This document shows, in pieces, positions 1 through 10,163 of a DNA stretch of 64,000 nt. The stretch spans positions 32,001 to 96,000 of the IMG/VR virus record IMGVR_UViG_3300027969_000055, one strand, 5' to 3'. Each line of letters begins with the position of its first letter. The first letter of the stretch is position 1. This DNA is from a virus. A model generated the notes under the pieces. It was not told the DNA's origin, made no database searches, and saw nothing but the letters and a program-made list of their open reading frames with translations. The position numbers were made by a program, and so were the translations under genes.

Positions 1-1026
1 GCGATCCATAGGTACGGCAATTTCTTCAGGATAAGAACCTGGAGCATAGGCAAAAATATCAAAATCATATGCATTTTGTGCTGCATAATAAAATTTAATT
101 TTTGAACCGCTACGAATTAGTGGATACTTTTGATTGTTTGTTGATTTAATTAAGTGATTATGATAGGCAACTGCTCTACCGTAAATTGGCATCCCGGTTT
201 CTAATACTAACGGTACTAAACTTTTTAGGTACTCTTCATAAACTCTAACTGAGAAGTTAAATGCAATTTCTTCAACTGGTAAAGCATCACATTCAGTTTT
301 TAGTGCTGCTAGTTTTGGGATAAGATCGCCTTCTAAGTCAATGTTATAACCAATATCAAGTAGATAGGAATAAAGTGTTTGTAGATGTTGTCTTGCCCAA
401 ACTGGATATGAAGCTTGAATTGCTTCAAGGCCTTTAATAATTAATGATTCTTTGTCTAAAAGACGTTCGTGCTTATTATCTTTATATGAAACCTTTAAAA
501 TATATTTTTTCTTAGCTAACCAAATTCCAGATCTAGATAAATTTTCAAGTTCAAAATTCTGGCGATTATCGGTATTAAAATGAACTGCATATTTTTCAAA
601 TGCTTGTTCAAAATAATTTTTAAGTCGATGGCGGTTAATTGCCAAACAAAATTCAAGGGATTGAGTCTCAGTTAATTCAAAATCTTCAATAGATTTAATT
701 GCATAGTCAAAACATACGTAAACTGAATCAGTATCTGTATATACAGCGGCTTCTTTCTCAACTCGATTAATGGTTTTACCTGAAATACCTAATTTCTCGT
801 GAAGTTCTGTATCAAGGTGCCACTTTTGTTGAAAATAGTGGTTAATTGCCTTGATTGAAAATTTAATTAGGTCTTGACCCTGTAAAGTAATAGACTGAGC
901 TATTTCGTTATTATGAAAATAGAAATACTTATTACCAAATGCACCGTAAAATGAGTTAATTAAGATCTTGATTGCATTTTGCTTTAAATCGAGTGACTTT
1001 ATTTGTTGTTCTAGCTGTTTTGACAT
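1..1026 (-). CDS. Family B DNA polymerase, C-terminal half (gp43B-like), runs off window edge
   Basis: Not in ORF track; translated by hand from ATG at 1026: MSKQLEQQIKSLDLKQNAIKILINSFYGAFGNKYF (motif B) ... AAVYTDTDSVYVCF (motif C). Confidence 0.93.
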   Translation of the reverse strand, partial: MSKQLEQQIKSLDLKQNAIKILINSFYGAFGNKYFYFHNNEIAQSITLQGQDLIKFSIKAINHYFQQKWHLDTELHEKLGISGKTINRVEKEAAVYTDTDSVYVCFDYAIKSIEDFELTETQSLEFCLAINRHRLKNYFEQAFEKYAVHFNTDNRQNFELENLSRSGIWLAKKKYILKVSYKDNKHERLLDKESLIIKGLEAIQASYPVWARQHLQTLYSYLLDIGYNIDLEGDLIPKLAALKTECDALPVEEIAFNFSVRVYEEYLKSLVPLVLETGMPIYGRAVAYHNHLIKSTNNQKYPLIRSGSKIKFYYAAQNAYDFDIFAYAPGSYPEEIAVPMDR

Positions 1027-1031
1027 ATCTT

Positions 1032-1060
1032 GTTATACTTGACTTTGCATATTTTGGTTT
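1032..1060 (-). promoter_or_regulatory. Putative early/middle promoter AAACC-N18-TATAAC
   Basis: Matches the motif recurring upstream of replication genes; spacer is 2 nt longer than the mode. Confidence 0.55.
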
Positions 1061-1069
1061 AATATACTA

Positions 1070-1077
1070 ATAAATAA
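1070..1077 (+). promoter_or_regulatory. Putative late promoter ATAAATAA
   Basis: Resembles T4 gp55 promoter TATAAATA; about 20 nt before ORF start. Confidence 0.65.
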
Positions 1078-1095
1078 CCTAAAAGTTAACGAACG

Positions 1096-1707
1096 GTGAA
1101 AGAAATCACTAAAGACGAACGCTTGATTAATCGAACCTATCCATTTTTGGCAAATTTCCCATTTAGGGATGAATTTACTATGGAAATTGCAAACTCCCCG
1201 GTTCTTGCAGCAATGTTCGATGATGAATTTGAACCGGTTAGAACCTCCAAATCACCAACTGTAATTGATTTTATCCATACAGCTAGCCCAATAAAATCAA
1301 AAATTTCAATATTTAAAGAAGATTTACTCTGGATAGATGAAGTGTCGAGCTCAGTTAAAAAACTCGATAAGATTGCTAAACAAATCGATCGTGGACTAAA
1401 ATCAAAGGATTTATTGGTAAAACGAAATATTTCAATTGAAACTGACGAGTGGTTAACTAGTGTATCTGATCCAAAGAGTGGATTAAGTCGAGAAGTTTTT
1501 AATGAAGTGCTTGGCAGCCTTGTATCAAACATGCCAATTACAAAAGTTACGGAACTTGTAAATACCGTAAATAAACTATACTTAAAAAAGGGAATAATCA
1601 AACTATCTCAAACTGATGCAAACTTGATATTTACGTTTATTCATTTTAGACTAATTTATGCAAAGCTTATTTTAGGAATAGTAATTTCATCAAAAATATC
1701 AATATAA
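1096..1707 (+). CDS. Hypothetical protein
   Basis: 203-aa ORF, GTG start, after late promoter, tightly packed with next ORF. Confidence 0.75.
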   Translation: MKEITKDERLINRTYPFLANFPFRDEFTMEIANSPVLAAMFDDEFEPVRTSKSPTVIDFIHTASPIKSKISIFKEDLLWIDEVSSSVKKLDKIAKQIDRGLKSKDLLVKRNISIETDEWLTSVSDPKSGLSREVFNEVLGSLVSNMPITKVTELVNTVNKLYLKKGIIKLSQTDANLIFTFIHFRLIYAKLILGIVISSKISI

Positions 1708-1710
1708 CAA

Positions 1711-2088
1711 ATGCAGCAATTAGATGAATTTATTGAGTATCTCTATACGGTTGAAGAAAATTCAACCTCTCTAAACCAAGATCAAGTAAAAAAACTTCAA
1801 ATGATTCAGTCAAAGGTTACTGATATTGTAAATAAAGTTGAATCTATTGCAACTAATGCAGTTAATCAATTACAGCCAGCCACCCAACCTCAACTAGAAT
1901 TACAATTAGCTGAAAATTCAGTATTTAGATTTGGTGAATTTGCTCAGATTAACGAGAAGATTGTACACCGTGGTAACAAATGGGTTGTTATGAATAAAAA
2001 GGGTACTAAAGTTTTAGGTACGCATCCAACTAGAGAAAAAGCAGTTAAACAGTTACAGGCAATTGAAATAAGTAAAGCTAGTCACTAA
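1711..2088 (+). CDS. Hypothetical protein with internal FxxF-INE motif and small basic C-terminal domain
   Basis: 125 aa; VFRFGEFAQINE then KIVHRGNKWVV...LGTHPTREKA. Confidence 0.75.
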   Translation: MQQLDEFIEYLYTVEENSTSLNQDQVKKLQMIQSKVTDIVNKVESIATNAVNQLQPATQPQLELQLAENSVFRFGEFAQINEKIVHRGNKWVVMNKKGTKVLGTHPTREKAVKQLQAIEISKASH

Positions 2089-2858
2089 TGAAATTACAAA
2101 GATTCCAACAGTTTATTAATGAGGCCAACCGCTGGTCAGAGGATCCATTCTTATACGCTCAATATGCAGAGTTGTTTACTGATTTTGGTTTTGAAGCAGA
2201 CATTCCTGACCTGATTCATGCAGTTGAACAAAAATGGACTGACTTAAAAAACAACTATTGGTGGAATAGAGAAGGCCGACACTGGCGCAAAGATCATTTT
2301 GCACTTGACGTAAAGGTACACTCTTGGCCAGAGGCTGATACTGTTAGAGAAATACTAGGAGAACCGGATATGCCAGAAGAGGCAATTGATGATGAATGGT
2401 GGGTATGGATGAATGACACACGTGAAGGATTCGTTGACGACCTGTTTAGTCTCTATCCATGGATTGATGATATTAGTTGGGGAGGTAAAAGCGGCGGATG
2501 GTTATTATTAGCTCCACCTCATGAAGCTGAAGATGTACGTACTGATATTGATGACAGTTGTCAGGAATATGAACGTATTAAGGATGAAATAAAAGAAACC
2601 GGGGAGTTTGAAGAATTAGTAAATCAATCAAATGAAATTGACTATCAAGAATTAAAAGAGTTAGGGTTAGCCGATGAACTTTCTGAGATTGATGAGTTAG
2701 TAAAGGAATATGAGACAATTAAAGCATACTTAACTAAAGAGTTAACTGACTTAGCTCAATGGGAAGTTGACATGGAAGCAATACAAGCCAGAGTTAGTAA
2801 ATTTGAAGATAACGCTGAAGAATATTTTTATTTATGGTTAAAGAGTAGAGAAGATTAA
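2088..2858 (+). CDS. Acidic hypothetical protein, candidate internal head protein
   Basis: Begins MKLQRFQQFINE. Confidence 0.75.
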   Translation: MKLQRFQQFINEANRWSEDPFLYAQYAELFTDFGFEADIPDLIHAVEQKWTDLKNNYWWNREGRHWRKDHFALDVKVHSWPEADTVREILGEPDMPEEAIDDEWWVWMNDTREGFVDDLFSLYPWIDDISWGGKSGGWLLLAPPHEAEDVRTDIDDSCQEYERIKDEIKETGEFEELVNQSNEIDYQELKELGLADELSEIDELVKEYETIKAYLTKELTDLAQWEVDMEAIQARVSKFEDNAEEYFYLWLKSRED

Positions 2859-2864
2859 AGATAA

Positions 2865-2935
2865 ACGGACTTAGGACCGTAATAGCCTCGGCTATTTGAA
2901 CCTCTCGATATCGCTATCCGGGAGGTTCTTCGTTT
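2865..2935 (+). other. Three-hairpin structured element ending in a terminator-like stem
   Basis: acgg-acttagga-ccgt; aatagc-ctcg-gctatt; gaacctc...gaggttc followed by T-rich tract. Confidence 0.6.
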
Positions 2936-4471
2936 TTATCGACCAATAAATTTAGTAAGATCAAATCTGTGTTTGCTGACAATAAATTTCTCTTTAAGAT
3001 AAATGGTTTCTCTGGCTTTTCCGTGTTTTACAATATAGCCATCAAGATCATCAATTAAATCGTATACTGTAACTTCATGTTTTCCAGCAAGCTTACGCAT
3101 ACCTCGACCAATTGCTTGGCGAATTGTAACTTCTGATTTATAGCTCTCAGCAAAGATAATTTGGTTAACCCGCTTTAGGTCAATACCTGTAGCAAAAGTA
3201 CCATAGCTTGCAACAATGACTGCTCCAACTTCACGTTCCATCGCCTCTTTATAATCAGCACGGTCTCCTCCATCAACCCCACCGTCTATATAATATGCAT
3301 GTTCATTCCACTCTTTTATCTTATCACAAATACGTTGGCCGTATTGATCCTTTACGTTAATGAATAGAATTAGGGTATTACCGCCAAGTTTTTGGACAAA
3401 TGAAGAAATAAACTCAATTCGAGGTTCATATGAAATAATAAATGCACGCTCTGCATCAAATAATTCCTTACCGGCTTTACCTGATTCTCTAAGTGCTTTA
3501 TATTCTCTAACAAATGGCTCAGTTATTGGATAGTCTAGGTTAACCATTTTAATATAGACATTTGGTGAGTGCTCTTGATCAATTAAGAAACTTGACTTAA
3601 GCGTCATGCTTAATGGACCTAAGAATTCTTGAATCTTGAAAAAATCTGAATATTGTTCTTCAATTTTAATTGTACCTGAAAGTCCAAGTTTATATTCAAC
3701 ATTAGTTGATGCCAATAAAATATCTTTAATTGAAGCGCCTCTTGAGGTATGGCACTCGTCAATACAAATAACTGAAAATCGTTTAAAGAATTCAGGTTCT
3801 TTATTTTTTAAACTTTGATATGTAGAAATAACCAAATCAGCCTCTTCAAATTTTTCTTCAGAATATTTGTTTTGACCGCCTACTGATAGCACTGAATAAT
3901 TCATTAGGCCAGTATGGTAATCCTTTTCAAATTTCTCGGCAGTTTGGCCGACTAGCGAAATATTAGGAACTACGATTAGTGCTTTTTTATCTTTAGTGAT
4001 AATCCCTTTACGTTTTAGAAAAGAAATATAAATGTATAGGATTAGGGTTTTACCAGCAGAAGTTGCAAGTTCCTGAGAACAAAATTTATATTTTAAGGCT
4101 CGATGAGCTGCTTCAAGTTGATAATCATATGCATCAATTGGTAAACCGTCTAATAATACAGACGCAAATTTATCTAGTTGTTCTTTAGTAAATGATAGGT
4201 TAAGTAGATCATCTAAGCCATCAATGTTTATTTCGTAATCATATTTCTTGCCGAAATTAATAATTTCCTTCCATAAACCAACACCAATCTTAAGATCTAC
4301 ATCAATAAATTTATCATAACCATCCCATAATTTTCGTTTGTACAGCTTATTAAAATGATAGCCTTTTTGTCTTTTCCTAAAATATAGTTGCAAGTCCTTA
4401 AGCTCGCGCTTCATTTCGTGCTTAACTAATTGTAGGTGCTGACGGTCATTGGTTAATTTAAAAGTTAACAA
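2936..4471 (-). CDS. uvsW: UvsW-like SF2 DNA helicase
   Basis: ATSAGKT Walker A, IDECH, GLSGT, QAIGRGMR motif VI. Confidence 0.92.
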   Translation of the reverse strand: MLTFKLTNDRQHLQLVKHEMKRELKDLQLYFRKRQKGYHFNKLYKRKLWDGYDKFIDVDLKIGVGLWKEIINFGKKYDYEINIDGLDDLLNLSFTKEQLDKFASVLLDGLPIDAYDYQLEAAHRALKYKFCSQELATSAGKTLILYIYISFLKRKGIITKDKKALIVVPNISLVGQTAEKFEKDYHTGLMNYSVLSVGGQNKYSEEKFEEADLVISTYQSLKNKEPEFFKRFSVICIDECHTSRGASIKDILLASTNVEYKLGLSGTIKIEEQYSDFFKIQEFLGPLSMTLKSSFLIDQEHSPNVYIKMVNLDYPITEPFVREYKALRESGKAGKELFDAERAFIISYEPRIEFISSFVQKLGGNTLILFINVKDQYGQRICDKIKEWNEHAYYIDGGVDGGDRADYKEAMEREVGAVIVASYGTFATGIDLKRVNQIIFAESYKSEVTIRQAIGRGMRKLAGKHEVTVYDLIDDLDGYIVKHGKARETIYLKEKFIVSKHRFDLTKFIGR

Positions 4472-4485
4472 AGTAGTTGATAATT

Positions 4486-4929
4486 TTAATGTCCATCCAA
4501 TAGTTTTTGGACATCTAATCGTGTTTTTATTCCAAACAGAACAGCATCAGTTGTTTTAATTGACTCTGCATAGAAGGCAATTTGATTTTCAATCTGTTCT
4601 AATTTTTCTTTGATAGTTGCAGTTTTACCGTCAACTATCGTATTCTTTTCATTGGTACCATATCGAATTTGATGATTCTTTGAAGCATCAACCCATTCTT
4701 CACCTTTCTTTTCTCGATAAGTCTTCTTTAATTGAGTAAAGTGCTCAATTAGGGTATGATTTTCTTCTAATAATCGCTGGCGTAGACTTAGGAAGGTAAC
4801 TTGAGCTTCCGGTATCTTTCGGATATTCTCAAGTAACTTGATTCCAATATAAATTTCGCCAGAAAAAGATTCTCTCTTTTCTCTGAATACTTCAGCAATC
4901 GTTCTTTTTTGGGGAGTTTGTTCTTCCAT
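4486..4929 (-). CDS. UvsY-like recombination mediator
   Basis: 147-aa helical protein next to uvsW as in T4; C-terminus FGIKTRLD resembles UvsY. Confidence 0.6.
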   Translation of the reverse strand: MEEQTPQKRTIAEVFREKRESFSGEIYIGIKLLENIRKIPEAQVTFLSLRQRLLEENHTLIEHFTQLKKTYREKKGEEWVDASKNHQIRYGTNEKNTIVDGKTATIKEKLEQIENQIAFYAESIKTTDAVLFGIKTRLDVQKLLDGH

Positions 4930-4935
4930 CTAAAT

Positions 4936-4962
4936 ATTTTATCAAAAAGCCTAGTTAAGTTT
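4936..4962 (-). promoter_or_regulatory. Putative promoter AAACT-N16-TAAAAT
   Basis: Recurring motif. Confidence 0.6.
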
Positions 4963-5432
4963 TAACTAACGAAAGAATAATATACTCCTTCTATTTGATA
5001 AAAGTCCGATAAAAAGTCTGTAATTGTGGTACTTGCATAAATAGTATCGCCAAGTGGATGGCTGTCTCCGTTCTTATAGAATACAGATACGCCTCCATCA
5101 TACAGACACACTATTGAATCTAAGTTATAGTGCTTTATTGAACCTTTTGCCATGTTCTTAAATTCATCGTCTGTCACTTCAGTATCATGGTTAGTAACAA
5201 AGATACTTGGAAAACTACGTTTCATTCTGTAACCTGAACTTTCAATTGAATGTATCACTTGTAGAACGTAACTTAATTTACCGTATGAATCAAGGTCGGC
5301 TAAGACTTTATTATATTGATCTGGATCCGTAAAGTTGTAAACAACAAACGGTCGCTGGTTTTGCACACAATCTCTAACCAGGTTGTACCTGTTTCCATTG
5401 TATTCTCTGGTATGTCGTATTGATCTGCTCAT
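4962..5432 (-). CDS. Hypothetical protein
   Basis: 156-aa ORF; minus-strand ATAAATAA at 5462-5469. Confidence 0.7.
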   Translation of the reverse strand: MSRSIRHTREYNGNRYNLVRDCVQNQRPFVVYNFTDPDQYNKVLADLDSYGKLSYVLQVIHSIESSGYRMKRSFPSIFVTNHDTEVTDDEFKNMAKGSIKHYNLDSIVCLYDGGVSVFYKNGDSHPLGDTIYASTTITDFLSDFYQIEGVYYSFVS

Positions 5433-5450
5433 TATTTAGTATATTAGATA

Positions 5451-5478
5451 AAACTACTAGGTTATTTATCAGTAAAAT
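5451..5478 (+). promoter_or_regulatory. Putative promoter AAACT-N17-TAAAAT overlapping a divergent late promoter
   Basis: Recurring motif. Confidence 0.55.
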
Positions 5479-5483
5479 ATTCC

Positions 5484-6014
5484 ATGGAAAAAGGACACCA
5501 CATTAATATATTCGATTTCGATGAAACCTTATTTAGGGTTCCCAGTTATACGTGCAGTGAAGCCAAAGGAAAGAGCCCATATGAATGGTTTGACTCAGCT
5601 GAATCACTTGACCAAAAGTTTAATATTTGCGGTATTGCTAATACTATTGACAGAACTGGAGACAATTGTCTTAACTACTTGATAACTCATCGAGTTAAAG
5701 CTTGCGAATCAGCTGTTCTGGATCTACTTTCTGAGTATAATATTAGGTTCGATAAAACCTATTTCTTGGGAAGAGAAAGCGATAAGGCTGAGACCGTCAT
5801 TGAATTGGTAGAAACTACTGAAGCTGACTCAATTACGATATTTGAGGATTCTCTTTGGGAAATCATTAAGTACACCTCTTACTTTTTATATACTGAACTA
5901 AATGCTACTGTCGATTTCATTTTTGTCGATAAGAGCACAGTAATTAAAATAGATTGGGATTCAGCAAGATCCCTAGAAAAATTTTCAAAAGTAGAAAGAT
6001 TAAAATTATTATGA
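5484..6014 (+). CDS. HAD-superfamily phosphatase (RNA-repair HAD-like)
   Basis: IFDFDETLF motif I, LITHR motif II, IFEDS motif IV. Confidence 0.8.
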   Translation: MEKGHHINIFDFDETLFRVPSYTCSEAKGKSPYEWFDSAESLDQKFNICGIANTIDRTGDNCLNYLITHRVKACESAVLDLLSEYNIRFDKTYFLGRESDKAETVIELVETTEADSITIFEDSLWEIIKYTSYFLYTELNATVDFIFVDKSTVIKIDWDSARSLEKFSKVERLKLL

Positions 6015-6619
6015 TATTATTTGTAGAAGGAGCCAGGCACTGTGGCAAAACATTCTTAATTAACAAATTTATAGAAAACAGTAATGATTCACGGATTGAA
6101 TATTACAAATTCTATTTTGCAGATCACATTAAAACTCTAGATTTAGTAGATTTAGATAATAATTCAAGTTTACACTATTTTAGTTTAGGTAACATTATGA
6201 CCATTATGGAAATGAATCTTAGACCTGAATACAAAGATAAAATTTGGATATTTGACAGAGCAATTATATCTGCCTATACTTGGGCAATTCTGCGAAAGAG
6301 ATTAAGCCGAAATAAAGCCGAACTTGAATTTTTAAAGTTATTAAATACAACACTATATTCAAATTCCAAGACTTTGGTGGTTACTGTAGCTGGTCAAACT
6401 GGAGACTCTAATCGAGTTAAAGATACTTGGGATGGAGCTCATTCAACGGTTGAAGAACAAAGATTAATGGCTCATTTAATTGAGTTAGGAATGACTGACT
6501 TAGCAAATTCAGCTAAAAATAACAAACTAAGCATCGTTTTTAATAGATTTGATGAAGACTCGATCAAATCCTTTAATCAAGAGTGCTATGCATTATTAGG
6601 AATAGAGCCTAATAAATAA
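6011..6619 (+). CDS. P-loop nucleotide kinase (dNMP/thymidylate kinase-like)
   Basis: MILFVEGARHCGKT Walker A and IFDR motif; ATG 6011 overlaps the upstream stop. Confidence 0.8.
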   Translation: MILFVEGARHCGKTFLINKFIENSNDSRIEYYKFYFADHIKTLDLVDLDNNSSLHYFSLGNIMTIMEMNLRPEYKDKIWIFDRAIISAYTWAILRKRLSRNKAELEFLKLLNTTLYSNSKTLVVTVAGQTGDSNRVKDTWDGAHSTVEEQRLMAHLIELGMTDLANSAKNNKLSIVFNRFDEDSIKSFNQECYALLGIEPNK

Positions 6620-6624
6620 CCAAT

Positions 6625-8505
6625 ATGGCAGGACTATCGCACTTAAGAGATGTTTATGAAAAACGTGGAAAAGAATTTTTAGAAAATCTTCTTAATAAGA
6701 CCGTTATCATTAATGAAAAAAATGACGGCGCCTATTTTGGTGCCAAAAGAGATGCAAAACAGAATAACTTTAACTTCTTTAAAAAAGACAGCAAAATTGG
6801 TTACATCGACCGAGTTCTTAGTAAGTACTACGAGCCGGGCATTAGACATTTTGAAAGTATTGGGGGTAATTTAACCTCAATACCTGAAAATTATGTATTT
6901 GGAATGGACTATAATCCTTCTAAAGAGATACCTTTAACTCTAAGTCATATTAAAGTACTTGATGAAAATTATCAAACTTCTAAACTTATCCATAATAAAA
7001 CTGAATTGGATAAATGGGCTGGAGTACTTGGAGTTAACTCACCAACTATTATATTTCAAGGAAAATTAAATGACGAGCAAAAGGTAAAAATTCAAGAATT
7101 TATATTTACTAGCTTACCAATGCTGGCTGAGAAATTTAAAACTCAATCATTTAGCAAACACATTTTATCAGTATTAAATCCAGTAGTTGATGAAAATTCT
7201 CAACCTGAATTAAGTGATAGAGAAATTAGTGAAATTGTATTTAGATTCTTTGATGAAGAGGATCCAATTGGAGATTCGTCTACTCTAGCAAAGATTATTG
7301 ATCCAGTATTTTATGATAATGCAAAGAATCTTCCTCAGGAAAAGTTTCAAAAGAAGAGTGATGATTATGTTTGGATTATTGTTACTGACTTAATGAATTT
7401 TATTGAAAGCTATCGAATGTCCGATCTTAGAAGTTTTACAATTTCTGGAGAAACGGCTGACGAGCGATTTGTTTCATTAATTAATCATCTCTTTATTGAG
7501 TTCATTAAGGAATACGGAGATAAATTTAATGATTTAGAAATTCAAATACCTCAGTTTTTAACTAGACCTGAATTTGATATTAATCCGGACCTAATTAATG
7601 ATCAAACTGTAATTGATATACTTGGTAAGAATCCTAACTACAAAGAAATTTACAGAATATTCATTAATATTTTTAGAAAAAAGAAAATCAAAGTTAATTC
7701 AACTCTATTTACTGATGCAATGAAATCTAATTTAATTGATCAAATTGATAAACTTTCAAAAGTTGCAATGGGAGATCAATTATTTGAAAATTACTTTCCG
7801 TCATTTAGTGAATTTGTTGGAGACGATAAAGCCCCTGGATATTTTGAAACATACGATGTTGCTGAAAATGAAGAGCGTAAAGTAAAAAAGGTTAATCTAT
7901 TAGTATCAGATTTTCAACCAATACACAAAGGCCATCTTAAAAATGCAAAACTGTTAACTGAAAAAAATGGGCTACCTACTCTATTTGTATGCGTACACCC
8001 TGGAAAATCTGGAAAAATGTTTCCATTTAAGAAAGAAACTTTAAACAATTCATTATCTAAATTAGCTGCACATGATAAACAAAATATTGCTGGTCATGTA
8101 ATGGTAAAAGATGGAAATATTGAAACTATTCTAAAGGCAATAAAGCCAGGATTTGAACCGCTAAGTATAGCAGCTGAACCTAGTAGAATAAAAGATCTAG
8201 CACTACAATTAGAACTTGCAAAAAAGAGATCTAGAAACCTAAATATTAAACGAGATACTCGATTAATTGAATTACCTATAACAACAGTCGGCGATTCAAT
8301 CTTAATGTCAATTAAGGACAGAGATTTTGCAGCATTTAAAGAAGCATCGCCATCTCCGATCCATTCAGAATTCTATAATCTAAATAAAGACTTAATTGAA
8401 TCTTTAAATGAAAGCGTAAATGAGCAAATACCTGATGCAGAGACTGAAATAGTTTCAGGAGTAACATTTTCTACGCCAGAACCAATAATCCAAATAGAAT
8501 CATAA
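6625..8505 (+). CDS. Ligase-like nucleotidyltransferase fused to HxGH cytidylyltransferase-like domain
   Basis: INEKNDG (KxDG motif I); C-terminal FQPIHKGH; ATAAATAA at 6612-6619. Confidence 0.7.
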   Translation: MAGLSHLRDVYEKRGKEFLENLLNKTVIINEKNDGAYFGAKRDAKQNNFNFFKKDSKIGYIDRVLSKYYEPGIRHFESIGGNLTSIPENYVFGMDYNPSKEIPLTLSHIKVLDENYQTSKLIHNKTELDKWAGVLGVNSPTIIFQGKLNDEQKVKIQEFIFTSLPMLAEKFKTQSFSKHILSVLNPVVDENSQPELSDREISEIVFRFFDEEDPIGDSSTLAKIIDPVFYDNAKNLPQEKFQKKSDDYVWIIVTDLMNFIESYRMSDLRSFTISGETADERFVSLINHLFIEFIKEYGDKFNDLEIQIPQFLTRPEFDINPDLINDQTVIDILGKNPNYKEIYRIFINIFRKKKIKVNSTLFTDAMKSNLIDQIDKLSKVAMGDQLFENYFPSFSEFVGDDKAPGYFETYDVAENEERKVKKVNLLVSDFQPIHKGHLKNAKLLTEKNGLPTLFVCVHPGKSGKMFPFKKETLNNSLSKLAAHDKQNIAGHVMVKDGNIETILKAIKPGFEPLSIAAEPSRIKDLALQLELAKKRSRNLNIKRDTRLIELPITTVGDSILMSIKDRDFAAFKEASPSPIHSEFYNLNKDLIESLNESVNEQIPDAETEIVSGVTFSTPEPIIQIES

Positions 8506-8524
8506 ACCTATTTAATTTTTGAAT

Positions 8525-8559
8525 AAAAAAAGCTCCAATTTTAAAATTGGAGCTTTTTT
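8525..8559. terminator. Bidirectional intrinsic terminator
   Basis: Palindrome aaaaaagctccaattttaaaattggagctttttt between convergent genes. Confidence 0.85.
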
Positions 8560-8591
8560 ATGCAACATAGACAGAGTGTCTATGTAGGTGT

Positions 8592-10163
8592 CTATGTTAA
8601 GGTTGTAAATTCTCCCTTGATGAAGTTAATATGTTGAGCCTTACCATCATGGTGAATGATTACATGTGATTGGAGCCATCCACTTGGACCTACATTATAG
8701 TTAACTCTTAGTTTAGTAGAGGTCCCGACAGCTAGCGCGCCATCCCTACGCCCAGGAGAATGGTAATGGCCTACGATAATTTTAGTATTTAGTTTACGAA
8801 ATTGAAGAAGAGATCCACGAGAACCGTTTGAACCTACATCTCCGTGCTGAGCTAATTCCCAACCGTTTACTACAAGACTATCGCTTCTTCCTAATGTTTT
8901 AAATTTAGGAAATTTTTGATTGATTAGGTATGGAATAACTCCATTTGGTGCAACTCCTCTTAATAAGAGAGCACTATATTCCATATATTCCAAAGAATTC
9001 TTTAAGGTTGATGCTTTTCTCCAATCAGTAGATTTTAACCAACGATCTAAAAAATCATCATGATTACTTCTGACAATTGATACATTATAATCTTTAAAAT
9101 CTTCAAGCCCATTTAACATTGCATCAATTTCTTTTCTTAAAGAATTTGAACCGTCTAATTCTCGACGGTATTGCATAAATGGATCATTTATCTCATGATG
9201 ATTAATTGAGAGTCCATCAAATACATCATGTAGAATAACATTTTCAGGTTTTAATTTCTTAAATAGGTCTAGAGTTTTGGAAATTACACGCGGATCGTGT
9301 TGACCATAGTGTAAATCTCCTAAAACCGCAACTGCGATTGAAGTTACCTGACTAATTTCACTGGTTTCAAGGTCTTCATTATATTCAACTCTATTATAGA
9401 GATCAGTAAAATTTCCATCCTCAGTTGCGGTTACTTGCCTAGCAAAAAAGGTATTTACGTCCTTTATTTCAATAACCACAAAACCTAGAGTATGATGAAA
9501 TTCTCCCTTTTTACCTGATTTAGAGTCAGTGTAGTTAGATACAGTACAGGCTCCAGTGGTCATCATCATTTTTGGAAGATTACCTTCCAATACTGGAATT
9601 GTTTCTAGATGTACTCTAGGCGACCCAAATACGCATGAATTAATACCACTCATTCCTTGTAAACCAGTCATTGGATCAACTGAGGTTGGCTGAATCTTAA
9701 TGTCTGACATGATCCACATGTGTTTATGGACTTCATGGCGACCAGCATCTAGATAAGTTTCGATTCTTTCAGCCCAAGTTTCATAATTTTTATCAGAAAA
9801 TACAGAAGTTGGGTTTTTATATCTACCGGCAATTACATGAATGTCTGCATTAATGTGCTCTGCGTACTTTTCAAGATTTGATATAAATTCTTCATGTGCT
9901 GGTGTATCATTTTGAGCCCAGGTGATGATAAATCGCTTTTTCTTTTTATTAAACTTACGTTCTCTAGCTTTAATTAATTGTGGAGACTCCTGTATTGAAC
10001 TTTCGGTTATTCCAAGTTTGGCTAACCACTTTTGTACAGTTCTTTCAGATTTATTAAGAAACTGACTCAATTCTTTCATTCGATTATCCCAGCTTATGTC
10101 CTTATTCCAATAGAGCTCAGACAGTGTTGAAATATCCTCTGGTGTTAATTCTTCAAACTTCAT
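8592..10163 (-). CDS. Calcineurin-like metallophosphoesterase with N-terminal HTH-like region
   Basis: GDLH, HDVFDG, SNHD, QHGD, GHYH motifs; N-terminal SERTVQKW. Confidence 0.8.
   Translation of the reverse strand: MKFEELTPEDISTLSELYWNKDISWDNRMKELSQFLNKSERTVQKWLAKLGITESSIQESPQLIKARERKFNKKKKRFIITWAQNDTPAHEEFISNLEKYAEHINADIHVIAGRYKNPTSVFSDKNYETWAERIETYLDAGRHEVHKHMWIMSDIKIQPTSVDPMTGLQGMSGINSCVFGSPRVHLETIPVLEGNLPKMMMTTGACTVSNYTDSKSGKKGEFHHTLGFVVIEIKDVNTFFARQVTATEDGNFTDLYNRVEYNEDLETSEISQVTSIAVAVLGDLHYGQHDPRVISKTLDLFKKLKPENVILHDVFDGLSINHHEINDPFMQYRRELDGSNSLRKEIDAMLNGLEDFKDYNVSIVRSNHDDFLDRWLKSTDWRKASTLKNSLEYMEYSALLLRGVAPNGVIPYLINQKFPKFKTLGRSDSLVVNGWELAQHGDVGSNGSRGSLLQFRKLNTKIIVGHYHSPGRRDGALAVGTSTKLRVNYNVGPSGWLQSHVIIHHDGKAQHINFIKGEFTTLT

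Noticed and set aside
2859-2935. tRNA gene
   Set aside because: No acceptor stem or TTCGA T-loop; hairpins are in series rather than a cloverleaf
8565-8598. Short gtctatgt duplication and hairpin next to the terminator
   Set aside because: Too short to distinguish from chance
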